From assembly GCA_963778655.1 (NCBI GenBank), contig CAVZVA010000003.1, forward strand, positions 576,001 through 640,000: a stretch of 64,000 nt of DNA, read 5' to 3'. This DNA comes from an uncultured delta proteobacterium (lineage in GTDB: Bacteria; Myxococcota_A; Polyangia; Polyangiales; JAFGIB01). Shown one piece after another: positions 7,912 through 16,912 of the stretch; position 1 is the stretch's first letter; every line of letters starts with the position of its first letter. The notes below the pieces were generated by a model. That model ran no database searches and was not told the DNA's origin. It worked only from the letters and a program-made list of their open reading frames with translations. The translations under genes were made by a program, and so were the position numbers.

Positions 7912-8868
7912 ATGGATCCGCTTTCACGGCTTGGCATGGCCCTTCGAGCTACCGCAATCGTGCTGGTGGTCGTGACCTTCTGCGGCTGCTCCCTGTTCGA
8001 CAACCTCGATCGCTTCAGCCCCCAAGACGGCGGGGCTTCGCGCGTCGATGCCGGAAAGCAGCCGAATGCACGCGTGGACGCCGGTTCCGAGCCCGCCGAC
8101 GACGGCGGGATGCTCCCGGACGCAGGCGATGCGGGCGAGCAGAGCCTGGGTTGCGAGCGCCCGGAGACACTGTGCGTGCGGCTCGACCGTTTCACCCCGC
8201 ACATCGGCGAGCTGGTAGGCGTCGACCTGGTGACCGCCGATAACATCCTGCGCGCGCGCGCGCTGCTCGACCCGCTAGCCGCCAATGGCGGCTCGGAAGC
8301 CGACATCGTGATGCCGCTGGCGATCCCCGCATCGGACGTGCCGGCCAAGGGCCAAGCGCCCATGCTTCAGCTCGAGATCTACGGCGATCACAACCACGAC
8401 CGCATGTACACGCCGGACGGCACCGATCACGACTGGAAGGTCGACTTGCCGGCGAGCGGCAATCTGGTGTTCACGCACAACTCGGCGTTCAGCCGCTTGC
8501 TGCCGCGGCCGGCGGGCATCGGCGGCGACTTCCACATGCACTTCGAGGGGATGACCGTACACATCGGGCAGATCCTGGAGGTGATGGTGATCGAGAGCGA
8601 CAGCGGACGCGCGGTCGGGCTCTACCGGCTGCAGTCGGTGCCCTCAGACACGTTCGACATCGCCATTCCCGAGATCATCGACGTGGGCGGCGTGACCTAT
8701 CGCATCGAGTTCTTCGCCGACGCCAATGGAAATGGCACCTACGACGACCCGCCGACTGATCACGCCTGGGTCAAGTTCGCCGAGTCCGGCGCGACCGGGC
8801 TGGATTTCACCTTCGTCCACGGCACGGACTTTACGCCGCTCGACTACCAGTACAGCTTCACGCCGTAG
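7912..8868 (+). CDS. Hypothetical lipoprotein with a duplicated His-containing domain
   Basis: Lipobox FCGC and DAG linker; two repeats of T(P/V)HIG...D.N....Y....TDH.W...(F)xH. Confidence 0.75.
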   Translation: MDPLSRLGMALRATAIVLVVVTFCGCSLFDNLDRFSPQDGGASRVDAGKQPNARVDAGSEPADDGGMLPDAGDAGEQSLGCERPETLCVRLDRFTPHIGELVGVDLVTADNILRARALLDPLAANGGSEADIVMPLAIPASDVPAKGQAPMLQLEIYGDHNHDRMYTPDGTDHDWKVDLPASGNLVFTHNSAFSRLLPRPAGIGGDFHMHFEGMTVHIGQILEVMVIESDSGRAVGLYRLQSVPSDTFDIAIPEIIDVGGVTYRIEFFADANGNGTYDDPPTDHAWVKFAESGATGLDFTFVHGTDFTPLDYQYSFTP

Positions 8869-8898
8869 CGACGCAGGCCCCGCGGGTCGAGAGGGTTC

Positions 8899-8957
8899 AC
8901 AGGCAGACGAAGGCGGGAAGACGCACCCGAAGGGCTGCTGCCGCCTTCGCGTCTGTC
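8899..8957. repeat. REP-like dispersed repeat family 1 copy
   Basis: ACAGGCAGACGAAGGCGGGAAG ... CCGCCTTCGCGTCTG. Confidence 0.45.
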
Positions 8958-8987
8958 GGAAGTCCCGGCCGTGGCATACTGGAAGCG

Positions 8988-9662
8988 GTGCCGGGCACTC
9001 CACGTCACGTCCCGTTGCTCCTGGGAATCGCCGCGGCACTGGCGCTGGCGGGGCTCACGGGGGTGGCGCTCGCGCCCACGTTGCTGGTCTACCACCCGCT
9101 GTGGCTGGTCGCGCTCAGCCCGATCGGGCGGCACCTGGTGCTCGCGGCGACGCTCGTACCCATGCTGCCGCTGGTGCTGGTCGCCACCGCGCGCCGCATG
9201 CTCTCGAGCTCGGTCGGCTACGGGCTCGGGCGGGCGTACGGCGCGTACGGGCTGCAACAGGTGCGCGATCGCTACCCGCGCCTGCAGCGCGCGATCGGCG
9301 TGCTGGAACGCATGTTCGAGCGCGCCGCCCCACTGGTCGTGTTCTTCGCGCCGGCGCCGGTGTTCTGCGCGATGGCTGGAGCCACCTCGATGTCGCTGGG
9401 CGTGTTCGTTCCGGTCGCGGTCGCGGGGCATCTGATGTGGGCGAGCCTCACCTACCGGCTGGGTGAGGCGCTGGGCTCGTCGATCGTTCCGCTGCTGGGG
9501 TTCGTGCGCGAGCACGTCGTTTCAACCACCCTGGCGTGTGCGTTGCTCGCGCTCGGCTACGCGCTGCTGCGAAGGCGCGCCCGCCGCAAGCGCGCGCGAC
9601 AAGCGGCGCACGCCAGCGCGCCCCCACCGATCGCATGGCAGCCGCCACCCGGGGAAGGTTGA
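8988..9662 (+). CDS. DedA/VTT-like membrane protein
   Basis: Several hydrophobic segments; GYGLGRAYG, MAGATSMS..VF and LMWASLTYRLG patterns. Confidence 0.6.
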   Translation: MPGTPRHVPLLLGIAAALALAGLTGVALAPTLLVYHPLWLVALSPIGRHLVLAATLVPMLPLVLVATARRMLSSSVGYGLGRAYGAYGLQQVRDRYPRLQRAIGVLERMFERAAPLVVFFAPAPVFCAMAGATSMSLGVFVPVAVAGHLMWASLTYRLGEALGSSIVPLLGFVREHVVSTTLACALLALGYALLRRRARRKRARQAAHASAPPPIAWQPPPGEG

Positions 9663-9666
9663 CGCG

Positions 9667-10806
9667 ATGCGCTTGCGCGCTCGCCACCTGCTGCTCGTGC
9701 TCGCGTGCGCGTGCCGGCGTGGAACCGACCCCGGCGCGGCGCCGCAGCACGGGAGCGCATCCGCCATCGCGACGGTAGCCGCGGCCCAACCCGCAGCCGC
9801 CGCCGCCACGGCCAAGGCCAGCCAGCCGAGCGCCGCACCCGCGCCGCAGCGGCAGGCCGGACAGGCGGACGCGACCCGCGACGAGGTCGCGGCCGTGCTC
9901 GCGCTGGACCCGTCGCACAGCACCTCGCTGGGATCTCCGAACAACGGCACGCTGGTCGGCGGGGTGCGCCTGCCCGACCGAGGGCCGGGCTTCGTCCACA
10001 ACGACAAGCGGCCCGACCAGGCGCGTTTCGGCACGGTCGAGCTGGTGCAAGCGATCGTGTCGGCGGCTGCCGTGGTCGGGCGCGAGCTGCCCGGCAGCGG
10101 GCTCACCGTCAACGACCTCGGGCTCGAGCACGGCGGGCCGATCCACCAGCACGGCTCGCACCAGAACGGCCGGGACGCCGACATCCTGTTCTACATGCTC
10201 GACCAGCAGGGCGCGCCGATCCCCGCGGTGGGCGTGCCGCTGCAGCCCGATGGCACGGGCGTGGACTTCAACGATCTGACCACCGACGCGGACGATGTCC
10301 CGGAGCGCATCGACGCGCCCCGCACCTGGCGCTTCGTGCAAGCCCTGCTCGAACAACCGGGCGGCGAGCAGGTGCAACGCATCTTCCTGGTCGAGCACCT
10401 GCGGAGCATCCTGCTCGCGCAGGCCGAGCGCGTGCGCGCGCCGGCGGCGGTGCGCCAGCGCTTCTCCGACCTCACCTGCCAGCCGCTGGGGGCGCCCCAC
10501 GACGACCACATGCACGTGCGGCTGTTCTGCAGCGCGCAGGATATCGCGCAGGGTTGCTGGGACAAGCCGCCGATCTACCCGTGGCACCGGCAGGCGCTGC
10601 ACGCGCTCGGGCTGGCTCCGGTGTTCGAGCCGCGCGAGGCTCGGGCCGAGCACGCCAGGCGCGCCGCGAGCAAGGCCGCGCGCACTACCACCCGCGCCCA
10701 GGCGCGCGAAAAGGCCGGCCCGATGCGCCCCAAGGTCCGCCGCTTCCTGGACTACCGCGAAACCTGGGCCAAGAAACCCCACCCCGGCCGCCCCTACTGC
10801 CCCTGA
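9667..10806 (+). CDS. Penicillin-insensitive murein endopeptidase (MepA/M74-like), probable lipoprotein
   Basis: SLGSPNNGTL, HGSHQNGRDAD and HDDHMHVR motifs; signal peptide ending LACAC. Confidence 0.85.
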   Translation: MRLRARHLLLVLACACRRGTDPGAAPQHGSASAIATVAAAQPAAAAATAKASQPSAAPAPQRQAGQADATRDEVAAVLALDPSHSTSLGSPNNGTLVGGVRLPDRGPGFVHNDKRPDQARFGTVELVQAIVSAAAVVGRELPGSGLTVNDLGLEHGGPIHQHGSHQNGRDADILFYMLDQQGAPIPAVGVPLQPDGTGVDFNDLTTDADDVPERIDAPRTWRFVQALLEQPGGEQVQRIFLVEHLRSILLAQAERVRAPAAVRQRFSDLTCQPLGAPHDDHMHVRLFCSAQDIAQGCWDKPPIYPWHRQALHALGLAPVFEPREARAEHARRAASKAARTTTRAQAREKAGPMRPKVRRFLDYRETWAKKPHPGRPYCP

Positions 10807-10838
10807 GCGGCGCTGGTCCGCGACGACGCGGGGATTCA

Positions 10839-10900
10839 ACAGGAAGGCGGGAAGAGCCACATGGTCTCTTCCCCTTGCTTCCCGCCTTCCGTCTTCCTGT
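10839..10900. repeat. REP-like dispersed repeat family 1 copy (inverted pair between convergent genes)
   Basis: ACAGGAAGGCGGGAAG ... CTTCCCGCCTTCCGTCTTCCTGT. Confidence 0.55.
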
Positions 10901-10971
10901 GATGTCTTTGGTCCAAACGCGCGCGCTTCGGCGGGCGGGGCAAACGCTGCGAGCGCCGCCATCGCGAGCGC

Positions 10972-11766
10972 TCAAGCCGCGCCGATGATGCGCTCGAGCG
11001 CGTCGAGGCCGTCACTCAGGCAGGCCGGCCCCGGCTGCAAGATGATCGCTGGGTCGAGCTCGTGGACCTGGCGCGCGCGCACCGCGGGCAGCGAAGAGAA
11101 ACCCTCGCGCGCCAGCGCCGCCTCGCGGTCGAAAGGCTTGCCGCACCAACTCGCGATGTAGATCTCGGGGGCGCGCTCGACCACCTCGCGCGTCTCGACG
11201 AAGCGCTCGCTCGCAAGCTTGCCCAAGGAGCGCTCCTGGAACACGTCCTGCCCACCGGCCAGCCCGATCAGCTCGCTAACCCAGCCGATCGCGCTGATCA
11301 TCGGATCGTCCCACTCCTCGAAATACACCCGCGGCCGCCGCGTGCGTGAAGCCGCACGCTCGGCGGCGGCCGACAAGCGCGCCGCGTAGCCCTCGACCAG
11401 CTCGCGCGCCCGCGCCTCGGCGCCGACCAGGCGCCCGACCACCAGGATCGTGTCGAGGATCTCCTGCAGGCTGCGCTGGTTGAAGATCAGCACTTGCAGG
11501 TTCGCCGCCACCAGCTGCTGCGCCAGGTCGGCCTGGATGTCGGAGAAGCCGATCACCAGATCCGGCTGCAGCGCCTTGATCTTGCTCACGCTGCCGCCGA
11601 TGAAGGCCGAGACCACCGGCTTGTCGCGCGCCGCCTCCGGCGGGCGCTTGGTGTAGGCGCTGATGCCGACCACCCGCGCGCCCTCCCCGAGCAGGTAGAG
11701 CGTCTCGGTCGTCTCCTCGGTCAGGCAGACGATGCGCTCGGGCGTGTCGCGCAGCCGGTACGCCAT
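10972..11766 (-). CDS. Cobalamin/siderophore-type substrate-binding protein (BtuF-like)
   Basis: PERIVCLTEETTETLYLLG, LQPDLVI, RPRVYFEEWDDP and ILQPGP motifs. Confidence 0.85.
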   Translation of the reverse strand: MAYRLRDTPERIVCLTEETTETLYLLGEGARVVGISAYTKRPPEAARDKPVVSAFIGGSVSKIKALQPDLVIGFSDIQADLAQQLVAANLQVLIFNQRSLQEILDTILVVGRLVGAEARARELVEGYAARLSAAAERAASRTRRPRVYFEEWDDPMISAIGWVSELIGLAGGQDVFQERSLGKLASERFVETREVVERAPEIYIASWCGKPFDREAALAREGFSSLPAVRARQVHELDPAIILQPGPACLSDGLDALERIIGAA

Positions 11767-11781
11767 CAGGCACGCACGACG

Positions 11782-12435
11782 CTAACGCTCCGCGCCGGCG
11801 TAGCTCTCGAGCGCGAGCGGCAGGGAGGTCACCTCGACGCCGAGCTGCGTGGCCACGGCGGCCAGCCAGCCGGGCCGCTCGCAGGCGCAGACCGAGATCG
11901 GTCGCGACAGGCCGGAGAATTGCGCGGCCTGGCGCGCGAAGTCGCAGGCGTAGTCGGGCGGCCGGATGTCGGTCGCTAGCTCGACCAGCGCGTAGGGGTC
12001 GGGCGGCGCCGGCTGGCTCGGGTCCACGCAGGGCACGATCGACGAGGTCGAGGCCGAGCCGCCTCCGCACAGGCCGGGGCCGTCACGCAGGATCGCCCCG
12101 CGCACCAGCTCCGGGCGGCCGCCCGCGATCAGCAGCGCGACGTAGCCACCGAGCCCGCGGCCGACCACGGTCGCCTCCCCCAGCCGCGCCAGCGCCACGT
12201 CCACGTCGGCCATCAGCAGCTCGCAGGTATAACCGCCACTCGCCGGCACGCTGGAGGCACCGTGACCGGTAAAGTCGAGCGCGTAGGCCGGACCCGGCCA
12301 GGGCTCGAGCTCGCGCGGCAGCCGCGCGGGCGAACGCTCGCCGAGCCCGTGCAGCAAGAGCAGCGGCCGTCCCTGCCCACCGCGCAGCGCGTGCAGCGCG
12401 AGCGTGACGCGGTTGTGTTGCAGCTGCTCGATCAT
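11782..12435 (-). CDS. Alpha/beta hydrolase-fold protein lacking the canonical nucleophile Ser
   Basis: LLLHGLG and ALDFTGHGAS; the elbow reads GRGLGG. Confidence 0.8.
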   Translation of the reverse strand: MIEQLQHNRVTLALHALRGGQGRPLLLLHGLGERSPARLPRELEPWPGPAYALDFTGHGASSVPASGGYTCELLMADVDVALARLGEATVVGRGLGGYVALLIAGGRPELVRGAILRDGPGLCGGGSASTSSIVPCVDPSQPAPPDPYALVELATDIRPPDYACDFARQAAQFSGLSRPISVCACERPGWLAAVATQLGVEVTSLPLALESYAGAER

Positions 12436-13358
12436 GCGGCCCCCGGCCTACCGAGAAAATCCAGCACCAGCTCCGCGGTCCGCTGCGGCCGCTCGATATG
12501 GATGAAGTGGCCGGTGTCCTCGATCACCACCGCGCGCGCGTCGGGAGGCAGGTACGGCTCGATGTCCGCCAGGCGCACGCCCCAGCTCATCGGCTCGTTC
12601 TCCGTGCCCAGCAGCGCGAGCATCGGGATCGGAAAGCCCGGCAGGCGGTCGGTGGTCCAGCGCGAGCGCCAGGGGCCGAAGCCACCCATGCGCAGGCTGG
12701 GATCGATCTTCCAGCGATAGCCGTCGTCGTCGCGGCGCGCGCCGTGCTGCACCAGGTAGCGCAGCCACTCGTGACTCAGCCGCGGGTTCTGGCGCGCGCG
12801 GCGCCGCGCCAGCTCGTCGAGCGTGCCCGGCTGGCGCTGGAGCTCGTGCGCGCGGCGGCGGTGGTCGAGCCAGCGCGCCAGCTCCTCGCGCAGCATCAGC
12901 GTGCGCTCGCGGTCTGCCACGTCGGGCGGCGGGCGCCGCCCCGGCAGCCCGTCGATCGCGACGAAGCGGCTGAAGCGGTGCGGCATGGCGTCGATGACGT
13001 GAACCAGCATCGAGCCGCCCTTGGAATGGCCGACGACCGGGAAGGGCTCGCGCTGCACCGAGTCGACCACCATCAGCAGGTCACGCTCGTCAGCCAGCCA
13101 GCTGTAGAGGGCTGCGTGCTGCGAGTCGCCGTGGCCGCGGTGGTCGTAGGAGACCACGCGATAGCCCGCGTCCGCGAGCAGCGGCGCGAACACATCGAAG
13201 GTGCGCGCGAAGTCGAAGCCGCCATGCACCAGCAGCAGCGGCGGCGCATGCGGCTCGCCCCATTCGTAGACAGCGATGCGCACGCCGCGCGCGTCGACCG
13301 CGCGCGTGCGCTGCGGGGGGTGCGCGTCGGGATAACTGACAGGCGTTGGATCGGTCAT
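12432..13358 (-). CDS. Alpha/beta hydrolase
   Basis: HGGFD, YDHRGHGDS, GHSKGG and TGHFIHIE motifs. Confidence 0.9.
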   Translation of the reverse strand: MTDPTPVSYPDAHPPQRTRAVDARGVRIAVYEWGEPHAPPLLLVHGGFDFARTFDVFAPLLADAGYRVVSYDHRGHGDSQHAALYSWLADERDLLMVVDSVQREPFPVVGHSKGGSMLVHVIDAMPHRFSRFVAIDGLPGRRPPPDVADRERTLMLREELARWLDHRRRAHELQRQPGTLDELARRRARQNPRLSHEWLRYLVQHGARRDDDGYRWKIDPSLRMGGFGPWRSRWTTDRLPGFPIPMLALLGTENEPMSWGVRLADIEPYLPPDARAVVIEDTGHFIHIERPQRTAELVLDFLGRPGAA

Positions 13359-13375
13359 GCTCGCGGGTGCGGCAC

Positions 13376-13402
13376 GGGAGGGGCGTGCGTGCCGCCCCTC
13401 CC
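13376..13402. repeat. GC-rich palindrome, REP-like family 2
   Basis: GGGAGGGGCG-N7-CGCCCCTCCC. Confidence 0.45.
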
Positions 13403-13448
13403 TAACCACATGCCGCCGCCCGCGGCAACCCGATCTCGACGCTTCGCC

Positions 13449-14303
13449 TCAACGGCCGCGCGGCTTGGCTCCGGTCAGGTCCGAGATCTTCGACCAGTTC
13501 TCGGCCACCGCCTCGACCGTGGGGTGACCGCCCAGGTCCACGCCCTGGTTCTCGACGATCGCCGCCACGCTGAAGCGGCCGCCCATCGCCTGCAGGATCA
13601 CGCCGCTGGGCGCGTCCTCGCTGCACAGGTAGACCACGCCGGGCGTGACGCGCTCGGGCCCGAGGTTCTCGAGCATCTGCTGCGGGATCAGGTTCTCGGT
13701 CATGCGCGTCGCGGCCACCGGCGCGATCGCGTTGATGCGGATGTTGTTCTTCTGCCCCTCGATCTTGAGCGTGTTCATGAAGCCGACCACGCCCATTTTG
13801 GCCGCGCCGTAGTTGGCCTGGCCGAAGTTGCCGTACAGGCCGGAAGGCGAGGTGGTCATCACGATGCGGCCGTAGCTCTGCTCGCTCATGATCGGCCAGA
13901 CCGCCGCGGTGCAATAGACCGAACCCATCAGGTGCACGTCGACGACGATCTGGAAATCGTCGAGCGTCATCTTCTTGAAGCTCTTGTCGCGCAGGATGCC
14001 GGCGTTGTTGATCAGGATGTCGATGCGGCCGAAGGCTTCCATGGTCTGCTTGACCAGGTTCTCGACACCCTTGCGGTCGCTGACGCTGCTGCCATTGGCG
14101 ATCGCCTCACCGCCTCCGGCCTTGATCTCCGCCACGACCTTCTGCGCGGCCTCGCTCGAGCCGCCGCTGCCGTCCATCGACCCGCCCAGGTCGTTGACCA
14201 CGACCTTGCAGCCGCGCTTCGCCAGCTCGAGCGCGTGGGTGCGCCCCAGCCCTCCGCCCGCGCCCGTGACGATCGCAACCTTACCCTTGAATTCGATGCT
14301 CAT
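13449..14303 (-). CDS. SDR, 3-hydroxyacyl-CoA dehydrogenase-like (MFE-2 type)
   Basis: TGAGGGLG, VVVNDLGG, NNAGILRD and GNFGQANYGAAK motifs. Confidence 0.92.
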   Translation of the reverse strand: MSIEFKGKVAIVTGAGGGLGRTHALELAKRGCKVVVNDLGGSMDGSGGSSEAAQKVVAEIKAGGGEAIANGSSVSDRKGVENLVKQTMEAFGRIDILINNAGILRDKSFKKMTLDDFQIVVDVHLMGSVYCTAAVWPIMSEQSYGRIVMTTSPSGLYGNFGQANYGAAKMGVVGFMNTLKIEGQKNNIRINAIAPVAATRMTENLIPQQMLENLGPERVTPGVVYLCSEDAPSGVILQAMGGRFSVAAIVENQGVDLGGHPTVEAVAENWSKISDLTGAKPRGR

Positions 14304-14385
14304 GATTCCTTGCTCCGCTGCTTGTGGTCCGCGACCCTACTTCCGATTTGTATTGTTTTCAAACCAGGCGGCACGCGTGCCGCCC

Positions 14386-14913
14386 TCAGGTCCTGCTCAG
14401 GACCGAAAGCCCCTGCAGGTAGCGGCGCGCGTTCTGCACATAGTGCGCCGCCGAGCCCTCGAGCATGGCGATCTCGCCGTCGCTCAGCGTCCGGATCACC
14501 CTGCCGGGCGCGCCCATCACCAGCGAGCGATCGGGGATGACCTTGTTCTCGGTGATCAGGGCGCCGGCACCGATCAGGCAGTGGTTGCCGATGGTGGCGC
14601 GGTTGAGCACGATCGCGCCGATGCCGATCAGCGAGCAGTCTCCCACGCGGCAGCCGTGCAGCATCACGCGATGGCCGACCGTGACGTTGCGCCCGACGTG
14701 GACCTCCAGCTTCTCGTCGGTGTGGATCACGCTGGCGTCCTGGATGTTGGAAGCCTCCCCGACGTGGATCAGGTCGTTGTCGCCACGCAGCACCACGTTG
14801 AACCACAGGCTGGCGTCCTGCTCCAACACGACCGAGCCGATCACCTGGGCCGATTCGGCCACGAAGCAGGTCGGATGGATGGTGGGTCGGCGTTCACCCA
14901 GGGCGAAGAGCAT
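14386..14913 (-). CDS. Gamma carbonic anhydrase family protein (YrdA-like)
   Basis: Hexapeptide repeats with LRGDND, NIQD..VIH and [12 protein letters not shown]. Confidence 0.92.
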   Translation of the reverse strand: MLFALGERRPTIHPTCFVAESAQVIGSVVLEQDASLWFNVVLRGDNDLIHVGEASNIQDASVIHTDEKLEVHVGRNVTVGHRVMLHGCRVGDCSLIGIGAIVLNRATIGNHCLIGAGALITENKVIPDRSLVMGAPGRVIRTLSDGEIAMLEGSAAHYVQNARRYLQGLSVLSRT

Positions 14914-15157
14914 GCGGGAGGGCTCCGGCGGGCCTCCCTTGTAGGCCGGCGGCGGGACGATGTCCACTCGAGCCCGGCGGGCCGCGGTGCGAGCCTGTCA
15001 CCCGCTACGGAGGAGGCGGATGGAACCCGTCTTAGCCGTGCTTCACCGGCTTCCCGCCCGCCGTCCATCCTCGGCCCTGGCGACTTTGGGCTGCACGCGC
15101 GCGCGGACCGCGTGCAGCTTTCTTGCCCGCCCCGCGGGCGCCGCCTTAGATGGGACG

Positions 15158-16339
15158 ATGTGGTGGTGCACGTACAGCCGCGGGCAGGCCGCGCTCGCCG
15201 CGCTGCTCGCGTGCGGGCTTGCGGGGCAGGCGCGCGCGGACCGCGGCGGCCGGACCGCGCACGCCGAGACGTTCGCGGCGCTGGCCCGGCGGGCGAGCGC
15301 CGCGCACGATGCGGCTGCTGGCGAGCCGCAGGGTGACGACGACGAGCACGAGAGCCGGCGCGAGACGAGCGACGGGCGAGACGACGCGGGCGGGCCCGGC
15401 ATCTCGCACAAGGTCGCGCCCGGCGAGACGCTGAGCGCGATCGCGCTGCACTACGGGGTCAGCGTGCAGGCGATCCTCGATCGCAATCCCGGTCTCGACG
15501 CCGATCGCATCCGCGAGGGGCAGACGCTCGAGATCGGCGGCGGCCGGCGCAGCGTGCGCATCAGCGTGCAAGCGGGCGACACGCTGAGCGCGATCGCGCA
15601 CGCCCAGAGCGTGTCGCTGGCGGAGCTGCGCCGCTGGAACCCGGGGCTCGATCCGGACCACATCCGAGCCGGCCAGGAGCTCTCGGTCTTTCCCAGACGG
15701 CCGCCCAGTCTGTCGGAGTCGATCGGCTTTCCGGGCAGCGGCCAGCTGGTGCATGGGCGGCGCCTGCGGCCGGGCTCGGGCTACGCGATCCGCGACCCCG
15801 ATCGCTCGTACGCGACCGACGAGACCGTGCGCGACATCGAGAGCGCGTTCGCGCAGCTGCGGCGCCGCGACCCGGGGGCCCCGCGCCTGTTCGTGCACGA
15901 CTTGAGCCTGCGGCACGGCGGGCCGATGACCGAGCACAGGAGCCACCAGAGCGGCCGCGACGCGGACATCGCCTATCCGCAGAAGCACTGCGAGGGCCCC
16001 TGCGACTTCCGCCCGCTGGGTCCCAACCAGCTGGACGCCGCGCGCACCTTCGAGCTGCTGCGCTACTGGCTCGAGCGCGACGAGCTCGAAGCAGTCTTCA
16101 TCGACTATCGGCTGCAGGCGCCGATCTACCACTATGCACGCGCGCACGGCGCCACGGCCGAGCAGCTGCAGCGCTGGTTTCAGTACCCGCACGGCCGCGA
16201 CTATCCGCTCGGGATCATCCGCCACTTCCCCAAGCACTTCGATCACATGCACGTGCGCTTCGCGTGCCCCGGCAGCGACCACGACTGCCGCACCTACCGG
16301 CCGGTGCTGATGCGCATGCTGCACGCGGCTGCGCGCTGA
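15158..16339 (+). CDS. Two LysM domains plus MepA-like murein endopeptidase
   Basis: HKVAPGETLSAIA and VQAGDTLSAIA LysM repeats; HRSHQSGRDAD and HFDHMHVRF catalytic motifs. Confidence 0.88.
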   Translation: MWWCTYSRGQAALAALLACGLAGQARADRGGRTAHAETFAALARRASAAHDAAAGEPQGDDDEHESRRETSDGRDDAGGPGISHKVAPGETLSAIALHYGVSVQAILDRNPGLDADRIREGQTLEIGGGRRSVRISVQAGDTLSAIAHAQSVSLAELRRWNPGLDPDHIRAGQELSVFPRRPPSLSESIGFPGSGQLVHGRRLRPGSGYAIRDPDRSYATDETVRDIESAFAQLRRRDPGAPRLFVHDLSLRHGGPMTEHRSHQSGRDADIAYPQKHCEGPCDFRPLGPNQLDAARTFELLRYWLERDELEAVFIDYRLQAPIYHYARAHGATAEQLQRWFQYPHGRDYPLGIIRHFPKHFDHMHVRFACPGSDHDCRTYRPVLMRMLHAAAR

Positions 16340-16422
16340 CACACAGCGTCCCTGCGCTGCGGCACCGAGGCCGGACGCTTGCACGGCATGGTCCTTGGCA
16401 CCCATTGGCCCTGGCGGCGGGC

Positions 16423-16824
16423 TCAATCCGGGACGACCGGCAGGATCGCGCGCACCTTGGCCAGCAGGTCCGGAACGCGGAACGGCTTGACCAGGTAGTG
16501 GCGCGCGCCGGCTTGGATGCCCTCGACGATGTCGCCCGGTGTGTCCTTGGCGGTCAGGAAAATGACCGGCGTGGGCTTGGTGCGCGGGTCCCGCTTGACC
16601 TGGCGCACCATCTCCAGCCCGTCCATGTCGGGCATCATGATGTCGCTGATGATCAGGTTGGGCTTGGGGCGCGCCGAGGCCAGCGCGAGCCCGCTCTGGC
16701 CGTCGCTCGCGGCGGCGACCTCGAAGCCCTCCTTCTCCAGCACGCGGATCAGCAACCGCAGCAGATCCGGATCGTCCTCGACGACCAGCACCAACCACTT
16801 CTGTCTCGGTCCGGGAACCGGCAT
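16423..16824 (-). CDS. Single-domain response regulator (REC)
   Basis: VLVVEDD, DIMMPDMDG, FLTAKD and YLVKPF motifs. Confidence 0.92.
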   Translation of the reverse strand: MPVPGPRQKWLVLVVEDDPDLLRLLIRVLEKEGFEVAAASDGQSGLALASARPKPNLIISDIMMPDMDGLEMVRQVKRDPRTKPTPVIFLTAKDTPGDIVEGIQAGARHYLVKPFRVPDLLAKVRAILPVVPD

Positions 16825-16912
16825 GCGTGCTCGATTATGCGGGCTCGGCCGCCCAGACCACAAGCGCGAGCGGCCTTTACAAAGCCGGTCGTTGCGCTAA
16901 GAGCGGCGAGCC

